Of a DNA stretch of 64,000 bases, positions 55,052 to 64,000 are shown in pieces. The notes below the pieces were generated by a model. It was not told the DNA's origin, did not search any database, and saw only the letters and a list, made by a program, of their open reading frames with translations. The first letter of the stretch is position 1. Each line of letters begins with the position of its first letter. This stretch comes from Eledone cirrhosa (Eukaryota). The stretch is from assembly GCA_964016885.1 (NCBI GenBank), contig OZ024748.1:14694001-14758000 (forward strand), written 5' to 3'. Position numbers and translations under genes: made by a program.

Positions 55052-55695
55052 GTATGTATGTATGTACGTATGAGAGTGGGCAGATAATGACTACAAAAAC
55101 AATCTCAGCTTTGTCTAATTGCTATAGGAATTGTCTAAATGTATCATCATCATCATCATCATTATAATTATTATTATTACTACATTCTCAAACAGAATAT
55201 CTAGCACATGGTTGAATTAGATGAGAGATGAGGGAGGAGGTTAAAACAACAAAACCACAACAGTTGCCGAAACTACTTATATATATATTAGATATAATAG
55301 ATTGTTGCACTTTGACCATCAGTAGCAACAATAACAACTACAACAACAAAATTATGGAATAATTTAATAAAGACAATAATTTAATAAAAATAATTAAATA
55401 AAATGATTAGAGAATAAATATATATGTATTCAGTGATGAGGGAGAGGGGGGGATATATTGAGTAAAGTGAAATGAAAGACTTTTTTTTAAAGGAATGAAT
55501 TCGTTAAAACATTAATAACAACCTATTAAACACAAAATGTTGTGTAAAAATATAGGGAAGATCTGGGAGAGGGAAGTGGAGAGAATATAAACACTTCCAT
55601 CCTTACTCTTCCCATATCCCTATATTTGTTTATCACCAGTGGTATTGATCAAAATGAAATGTATATATATATGTATATATATGTATATATATATG

Positions 55696-55752
<57 letters not shown>

Positions 55753-55763
55753 GTATAAATGTA

Positions 55764-55797
<34 letters not shown>

Positions 55798-55997
55798 TAT
55801 ATATGTATATATATGTATATGTATATATATATTTATATGTATATATATATATACATATATGTACATATATAGACGTGTGTATATATTTATGTATAATTAT
55901 ATGTATATATATACGTGTGTATATATTTATATATATATATGTATATATACGTGTGTATATATTTATATATATATATATATGTATATATACGTGTGTG

Positions 55998-56046
<49 letters not shown>

Positions 56047-56627
56047 ATATATATATACATGTGTATATATATATACATATATATATATATAAAATATGTG
56101 TATATATATATTTATATATGAATTTTAGTGCGTATATGTATAATTATGTATACAAGTAAGTTTGTATATATGTATGTGTATATAATGCTTTATGATGAAG
56201 ATAGCAACTGCTCTTATTTTTTTAAAATTTAATTTTTAATATTTTTTTAAATAAATAAAAAATCACCCCCCCCCCCCTCCCCCAATTCAGTTCTTCCAAT
56301 TTATCATTTATGCAGGTTCAGTTGCCACAGCAACAATAACACAATATTCTATTGAATTTAAATTTTATTGTTTCGTCTTTTTTTGTGTTTTATTTTTTTT
56401 TCAATTTAAAATAGTCAAAAACAAGATAGATTAGTCTTACACATATGCACACATACATGTATATACACAGACACACACATGTGAAAAATGCATATTTTCA
56501 CACACACACACGCACACACATATGCAAACACAAACATGCATGTACACAACATCTATTTCCATTATTTTTCTTTAACAACAATTGCAGAAAATTCATTCAT
56601 TCCATATATGAAAATATAAATGATGAT

Positions 56628-56662
<35 letters not shown>

Positions 56663-56732
56663 GGGGGGGGGGGGCAGAAGAGAGAGATGATGATGATGAT
56701 GATATAATAGAATGAAATATAACATGTTTTTG

Positions 56733-56783
<51 letters not shown>

Positions 56784-57150
56784 GCTGTTTTGTCGCTGTG
56801 CTGATAAGCTTTTTGGCATTGATACACTGGTTGGATGCCCTTCCTAACACCAGCGCCACTTTACAGCATGGACTGGGTGCTTTTATTTGTGCCACCAGCA
56901 CTAGAGAGGATGTCTTACTAGACTCAAGGGCCCTCGCTACCCCTCCATTTTACAGCATGGTCATAAAAAAAAAAAAAACTTATTGACACGACTCACACAC
57001 CAATACTCATGCATACAAACCACAACCACACATACCAACACTCATTCATGCATACAATCACACACACCACTCACAAACATATATATATATATACATATAT
57101 TACCGACAGTACTGATACAAAATCAAAATCAAAATCGTCAAAATCACTAT

Positions 57151-57641
57151 TCTCCCTGCGTACGAAAGGCCGGTTGTATGATGCCTGTGTGAGGAGCGTG
57201 ATGCTGCATGGTAGTGAGACATGGGCAGCAACCGCAGAGGATATGCGATGGCTGGAGAGAAATGAGGCAAGCATGCTCCGTTGGATGTGCAGTGTAAATG
57301 TGCGTGAACGACCCAGCATAAATGTGTTGAGAGAGAAACTGTGTCTGAGAGGGATAGAATGTAGTGTACGGGAGAGGAGACTGAGGTGGTATGGACATGT
57401 GATGCGCATGGAGGATGACCGATGGGTGAAGAAGTGCCAGGAAATGCCAGTTGAAGGAAGACGTGGTGGAGGTAGACCACAAAAAACATGGGCGGAGGTG
57501 GTGAGAACAGACCTCAGATCATTGAAGCTCACGGTTGAGATGACGAGGGACCGTGACGAGTGGAGAGATGCTGTGCTGAATAAGACCCGTCCCACCCTTG
57601 CAAGCAGGGAAAAGCGGACGTAAAATGATGATGATGATGAT
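57151..57641 (+). mobile_element. RTE-clade LINE, 5'-truncated, open C-terminal frame to stop 57623
   Basis: SLRTKGRLYDACVRSVMLHGSETW...RRLRWYGHVMRM...GRPQKTW...W motifs, typical of the post-RT region of RTE ORFs; (GAT)n tail. Confidence 0.92.
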
Positions 57642-57890
57642 AAATATATATAGTAATAATAATAAATGTGAAGATACATATATACTGGTAGCTTAGTTCG
57701 GATCTAGCTGTCAAAACGGTAGGAGCTTAGCCTTCGGGGACCCAAATCTTATATATATATATATGTAGGAGGTGAGTTTTATTGTAGTACAATAAAGCAA
57801 TGCAGATATCGGATAAGAAGCACTCTACAGTTTGTAGGACTGGAGTATAAATAATATATAAGATCAAAAGATGGTTAAAAGAGTTACATG

Positions 57891-57961
57891 TATTTTATTA
57901 TGCGCATTTCAAAAACAAATATCATCATGCAATAACATTTGCGTTTTCGTCAGATAAAATA
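57891..57961 (-). ncRNA. Type I hammerhead ribozyme motif (mirror copy)
   Basis: Reverse complement of 58085-58155. Confidence 0.82.
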
Positions 57962-58084
57962 GGGAGACATGATATGAGGGTTAAAACACACTTGTGAATA
58001 GTGCAGTTTTAAATCAACATATGATATGTTGATTTAAAACTGCCCTATTCACAAATGTGTTTTAACCCTCATATCATGTCTCCC

Positions 58085-58155
58085 TATTTTATCTGACGAA
58101 AACGCAAATGTTATTGCATGATGATATTTGTTTTTGAAATGCGCATAATAAAATA
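58085..58155 (+). ncRNA. Type I hammerhead ribozyme motif
   Basis: TATTTTAT-CTGACGA-[AAACGCAAATGTTAT..ATGATATTTGTTTTT]-GAAA-TGCGCA-TA-ATAAAATA; the core differs from copy 1 only at the free N7 position. Confidence 0.85.
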
Positions 58156-58249
58156 CATGGAACTCTTTTAACCATCTTTTGATCTTATATATATATATAT
58201 ATATATCCATATGTGGTTGATGGCTAAGAGAAAAGAGTTATCAATTTCA

Positions 58250-58400
58250 ATATTAATTTTATTAAAGCTAAATAGTGAGTCTTATACTTTGGAGTTTTGT
58301 CTGTTTATCACAAAGTTATCAAACAAAATGACACCGTGATAAACACAAGTGAAACTTCAAAGTAACACTACTCAATGTTTAGCCTTAATAAAATGAATAT
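58250..58400. mobile_element. Degenerate fold-back island
   Basis: ~62-bp imperfect arms (58250-58311 / 58336-58400); the right arm has GAAA-CTTCAAAG-TA. Confidence 0.55.
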
Positions 58401-59124
58401 ATATGAGAATAAACAATGAATGGGGCATATAAGCACCCTGAATGGAAAAAGATGGGCATCAGGACACATGGGCTACTATGCCCTGCTATTAGACAATTTT
58501 CCTTAGTCAAATTTAAGGCAAAATGTAATTCTAATTTAAACTCTGCTTGCTGTCTTCTAAACACACATGATTTCGTTTATATATATATATATATATATAT
58601 GCAAAGGAAAGCATATATACACACAAACATATATATATATATATACATACATATATATATGAATACATACAGACACACATATATATATGTGTGTTTAAGT
58701 ACGTATAATTCTTACAAGTTTTATGAGCCAATTCTGCATATCATATTTAACTTTTTCATATATGCTCTAACGGGATAATATTCCAAAGACGACTTAAAAT
58801 GTTTATACAACAACAAGCATTGCAAGGCTATTTACCTTGCTAAAACAGGCTTTCAAGTTGCTGAGCCCCTCTGACAAGTTTCTCCAATTTGCTTTATCAT
58901 TTGCATGCCTCTCACCAACCTATTGCCTTTCATTTCCTCTTTCATCATGTTTAGCAACATCTTTCTTGGTTCCCCCCTTCTTTCCACATTCATTTTCATT
59001 ACATCTCTCACCCATAAAACATTACTGAAACAAAGACATCATCAAGAGTATAAAATGTCCTTAGAATATTTTATTTTTAGTATCATATTCTGTTTTAGAA
59101 TGTCACATTCCTCCTTCGAAAATA

Positions 59125-59297
59125 ATTGTTTCTACTTTTGTCACAAGGCAAGCAATTATCCCAGTGAATTACTGGTATTTTATTTTATTGACCACGTAAG
59201 GATGAAAGGCAAACTTAACCTCGGTGGGATTTGAACTCAGACCATAAATGCTGCAGAGCATAGCATCCTACCCTCTACCAATACTGTCAATCCACCT
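59125..59297 (-). mobile_element. Family-1 SINE
   Basis: Same core as the other copies; AAATAAT on both sides. Confidence 0.8.
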
Positions 59298-59423
59298 TCT
59301 TCATAAATAATATCTTGGAGCAATCTATCTATCTATCAGTTAATATATATATAATATATACCCTAAGTATTGAGTACTCTGGTGCGTTATGGTCCATCTG
59401 GTTCCTTACCACACCTCCTTCGT

Positions 59424-59468
<45 letters not shown>

Positions 59469-59469
59469 G

Positions 59470-59830
59470 TGTTGGATGCTTAAAGCGTCCATATGCGGTA
59501 GGCCGTATGAGCACTCGATGCTCTCATAGTATGATATCACATAAAAAAAGAGAATCATTGTTGCGACGAATGGAATTTATTGGACATATTACAATCCTTT
59601 CTCTGATGATCGAACCTGACTCTGAAAATTGCAAGGTCCTCAGATACGTCTTGATTCTATGAAGCAGATTTTCCTCGTAGAATCAAGACGTATCTGAAGA
59701 CCTTGCGATTTTCAGAGTCAGATTCGATCATCAAATCGATCGTCCCTCGAGCTGGTCGCCAGAGAAACGATTGTAATATGTCTAATAAATTCCATTCGTC
59801 GCAACACTGATTCTCTTTTTTTCTGCGGAT
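59470..59830. mobile_element. Fold-back hammerhead element D in (TA)n
   Basis: Arms ~59543-59662 / 59675-59822; the left arm lacks ~26 nt of the stem II insert; left-only tail 59470-59542. Confidence 0.82.
59687..59782 (+). ncRNA. Type I hammerhead ribozyme motif with 63-nt stem II region
   Basis: GACGTAT-CTGAAGA-[CCTTGCGA...TCGCCAGA]-GAAA-CGATTG-TA-ATATGTC: 7-bp stem I (one G-U); stem III is one transition from CGATCG. Confidence 0.72.
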
Positions 59831-60226
59831 ATATATACATGGAGGACACGTTTCGCACCTTTCCGACAGACAACCTTTTCCCCGCCTGGTTTTCCCCCAG
59901 TTGATGGATGTGAATCCGAAATATATAGGGACAATTAAATCTCTCCCAAGGTAACTCTATCTCGTGTTATTATTTTTATTCTTTACGCTCTTTCCTACAT
60001 TCTTCTACATGCTACAGTCTTCTACACGCCACGCATCTCAACGTACACCCACTTACATCTCTCTCTCCACCACCGGATCTTGTTACCCGGAGTTTTACCC
60101 ATCTGCATTGTCGAGGCTTCCAAACGATTTAAAGAAATTTACCTTATTATTCCACAATGCGTCAAGCAAACTTCAATACTCTCATATATATATATGTATA
60201 TATATATATATGTATGTATATATATA

Positions 60227-60298
<72 letters not shown>

Positions 60299-60774
60299 GA
60301 GAGAGAGAGAGAGAGATGTATACATATGGTATTTTCTTATGGTTGATATTATTTTTAGCATTATATTGAGTTTTTCAGGATCATTTTCATCTTTCTGTAA
60401 TACTCCTCTGGTTGTAATCCTTTTCATGTTTCCTTCTTTATGTTGTTATCTATTCTTCAACATTCAAAGAATCTCTCTATTTCTCTTTCACTCCAGCTGC
60501 TCTAGTCTTTGAATTGTCTTATTTATAGATGAGACTGCGGTGGTTGTGGCAGTAAAGGTGCCACTGGCAGTTGGAGTTGTTGAGGAATCCATCTAAATTC
60601 AAAGTAGTTTTAGCACCCTTCTCATTAGCCACCCTCACCCACCCAAGTTCTGTTGAGAATGATATAAGAATCAGCACATGAGATGCTGTCCATGTGCTTC
60701 ACTTTTGGAACAAGTGCCAAGCAAATCCCAGGAGAGAAGAAAGTGATACACACACACACACATATATATATATA

Positions 60775-61258
60775 TCATCATCATCATCATCATTTTAGGT
60801 CCGCTCTTCCCTGTTTGCAAGGGTGGGATGGGTCTTATTCAGCACGGCATCTCTCCACTTGTCACGGTCCTTCCTCATCTCCACCGTGAGCTTCAGCAAT
60901 CTGAGGTCTGTTCTCACCACCTCCCCCCATGTTTTCTGTGGTCTACCTCTACTACGTCTTCCTTAAACTGGCATTTCCTGGTACTTCTTCACCCATCGGT
61001 CACCCACCATGCGCATCACATGTCCATACCACCTCAGTCCCCTCTCCCGTACACTACATTCTATCCCTCTTAGACACAGTTTCTCTCTCACATTCATGCT
61101 GGATCGTTCACGCACATTGACACTGCACATCCAACGGAGCATGCTTGCCTAATTTCTCTCCAGCCGTCGCATATTCTCTGCAGTTGCTGTCCATGTCTCA
61201 CTACCATGCAACATCGCGCTCCTCACACAGGCATTATATAACCGGCCTTTCGTACGCA
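60775..61258 (-). mobile_element. RTE-clade LINE, 5'-truncated
   Basis: Reverse complement closely matches 57157-57641. Confidence 0.9.
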
Positions 61259-61604
61259 TATATATATACACACACATATACATACATGTGATAGTCCAAA
61301 CTAATGAAAATAACAGACAACATATCAGCTGGAAGATAAGAATATTTTAGTAGCTACTTCATTTCAAATTTCGTATATTTCGTATTTGCACCTGAAAGAA
61401 TTTGTCATATTTGCAGCCACAAAACTATTTGAAATTCAAAAGTAATTCAAGCCATATATAGACAGAGATGTAAGTGAAATCCTGATTGATTGCTTGGCGC
61501 TGTAGTTGGGATTATACCTAGTTCTATACCCACTCTGCATCTCCCCCTGCATTGAGTAGTTCCATGATTAGTGTCTTCTTGATCTCAGCAGCGAGCATCG
61601 TGGA

Positions 61605-61660
<56 letters not shown>

Positions 61661-61804
61661 ATATATATATATATTATATATATATTATATATATATATAT
61701 TATATATATATTATATCTCCCTCTTCCGGTGGTGGTGGCAGTGGGGGTCATCATAGATGTGATAACAAAATACTTAGACAGGAGATGGATATATAACATA
61801 CATT

Positions 61805-62205
61805 GATGATGATGAAGGTGGTATGGATGTGATGGTGATGGTGGTGGTTAATGGTGATAGATGTGGTAATGGTGAAGGTGATGGTGATGATGATGATGGT
61901 GAGGCTGAGAATGATGGTGATAGTGGTGATGCTGGTGATGATGGTGATTAATGGTGATGGTGGTGATAATGGCGATGATGAAGATGAGGATGATGATGAG
62001 GGTTGAGAATGATGGTGATGGTGGTGATAATGTTAATGATGGTGATGATGGTGGTTATTGTTAATGGTGGTGATAATGGTGACAGTGATGATGATGATGA
62101 TGATGGTGTTGAAGATGAAGATGATAATGATGATGATGAGGCTGAGAATAATGGTGATGGTGGTGATAATGGTGATTATTATGATAAAGACAATGATGAT
62201 GATGA
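61805..62205. repeat. (GAT/GGT)n low-complexity tract
   Basis: Direct reading. Confidence 0.9.
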
Positions 62206-62217
62206 CTCCTTAACTAG

Positions 62218-62263
<46 letters not shown>

Positions 62264-62684
62264 AACTGCCATTGTTTCTATTTTTCTGACATTTTAGTTG
62301 CTGATATATTAATTCCTTTTCCATGAATTCTAGTTAGAAATGGAACAACAAATAATGAAATGTCAAATTTTCAATTTATGAAGTAAATTCCTTGAATCAA
62401 TATAACAATTTCTCTCTTCCATTGGCACAACATTTTATTGAAATAGTGAAAATAATAAATAACACAGTTTTACATCCCCACTCTGCAGGTTTGGGATGGT
62501 TTATCCAGTAAATAGGATTGTTTACATAACTAGGTGTCCTTCCAACCATGTAATGATTTTTGTAGAAAATATCTAAAAAAAAACGTTTGTTAATTCAAAT
62601 GTTTATAGTATTCTAGAGTTATAGTAACAACATTACATACAATCTTCATAGGATATCTATCATTAACCTTTTTTCTAACATGTT

Positions 62685-62826
62685 TTAACTCCTTTCCAAC
62701 ATTTCATGACTTCAAAGTTATGAACTCGTTTCCAACGGTTCATAACTTCAAAGTTATGAACTCGTTTCCAACATTTCATAACTTCAAAGTTATGAACTCG
62801 TTTCCAATGGTTCATAACTTCAAAGC
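62685..62826. repeat. 36-bp tandem repeat x4 with internal palindrome
   Basis: Unit TTTCCAAC(ATT/GGT)TCATAACTTCAAAGTTATGAACTCG; gives a 12-aa periodicity in the ORF track. Confidence 0.9.
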
Positions 62827-63607
62827 TAGATGGGTTTACTAGTTTATTGATGGGATGTTTGTCAATCAAAATATTCATTTTACTGAAAAAAACACCCTGG
62901 CACAGCAACTATAGCTGTGTAAAATATATGTGGCATTCAACAGGTTAAAACATTCGAGAAAGCACTTATGAGATGCAACCTCATAAGAGATCAACAAAAC
63001 CTACCTAGGTGTGATTTGTATATTTCATAAAAGTATTGTGGTAGTTGTCTACCTTGTTCACCCCCCCTCCTCGCCTTACCCCTCCTGCCATATTGCATCT
63101 ACCAGTGATAGTCAGTAGTGGTGATAGTAGGGAAAGAATATTATTTTGAATGTTATTTGGTACCTATTTGCAGCTGAATGGACTGTGGCATTTAAAGATA
63201 AGTATCTTTTTCATTGAACAAACACAAATCAAAGCCACAGACAAATACAATTCCCCCATCCCAACCCCCCAATTGTTCAGCCAGTAAGTAAATCTGCTAA
63301 TGAGACAATTTTAGTTTACACAGGTGAGATAAGGTAGAAGGATCAAAAATCAAAGAAAGAAAAACATGCTTTTGTTGTAGGGGATGACTCAAATATCAGA
63401 GTAGGAAATCAAAATAGACAAACTATGTAAAGTGGTTGGTGATTGGATCAAGAGAATAAAGGGTAGAGAGGACTCTTCAGTTTGGCCAAGAATAGGACAA
63501 TCTTTCTAGTGTTGGTGTAATGATAAAATGCACCCAGTGTATTCTGTAAAATAGCCATTTTGGTGCCACATAAAATGCACTCAGTACACTCTGTAAAAGA
63601 TTATCAG

Positions 63608-63820
63608 TAATTGGTAGAGTATTGGACAGCATGCTTTGCAGCATATAGTTACATTACAGCCCTTTATATTGTGAGTTCAAGTGCTGCTGAGGTTAGCTTT
63701 GCCTTTCATCTTTATTGGGGGTCAATAAAATAAAGTACCAGTAACACACTGTGGTCAATTTAAGTGAATTTACCCTTCCTTCAAATTGCTGGCCTTGTAC
63801 AAAATGTAGAAACAATTATT
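63608..63820 (+). mobile_element. Family-1 SINE, diverged
   Basis: GAGTTCAAGT B box, TTTGCCTTTCATC..GGGGTCAATAAAATAAAGTACCAG, ends GGCCTTGTAC..ATGTAGAAACAATTATT. Confidence 0.8.
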
Positions 63821-64000
63821 TAATAACAATAACAGGAAATTTAAAAGACTTTATAATTGGAAATTCATTGGAAACACACCTTTATGGGAAGACTTCTACA
63901 AAATGAAATAAATGAAATATTTTCAGCAAAGTCTGAAGGAATTAGATTTTACATAATTTCCTAAAAAATTGAAATTGCTTAAAATTCCATTCTTTCAGAA

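Larger units (their letters stand above)
57764..58191. mobile_element. Fold-back hammerhead element A, copy 2 (opposite orientation)
   Basis: Arms 57855-58022 / 58024-58191 (3 mismatches seen), 1-nt loop, left-only tail 57764-57854, (TA)n on both sides. Confidence 0.88.

Overview
AT-rich, microsatellite-saturated animal non-coding DNA, probably intronic or intergenic. The repeat repertoire suggests an octopus/coleoid cephalopod (inference only). I found no intact host gene; nearly all listed ORFs are translations of (TA)n, (CA)n, (CAT)n or (CAC/CAA)n tracts. Ordinary content: 5'-truncated RTE-clade LINE ends, an L1/Tx1-like LINE end, two tRNA-headed SINE families (each sharing its 3' tail with one of the LINEs), TTAA-flanked MITEs and several minisatellites. 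The main signal is a set of unrelated 150-450 bp islands embedded in (TA)n tracts. They carry type I hammerhead ribozyme motifs (stem I - CUGANGA - stem II - GAAA - short, often palindromic stem III - UH - stem I'), and many are fold-back palindromes with a one-sided tail. This fits non-autonomous Penelope-like element (PLE) or retrozyme derivatives. Unusual details: separate copies fold back at the same point while each copy's two arms share private variants, both strands can encode a ribozyme, two ribozymes have very large branched stem II inserts, and one has a compensatory U3:A8 core. All structures were read by eye; no folding or database search was run.
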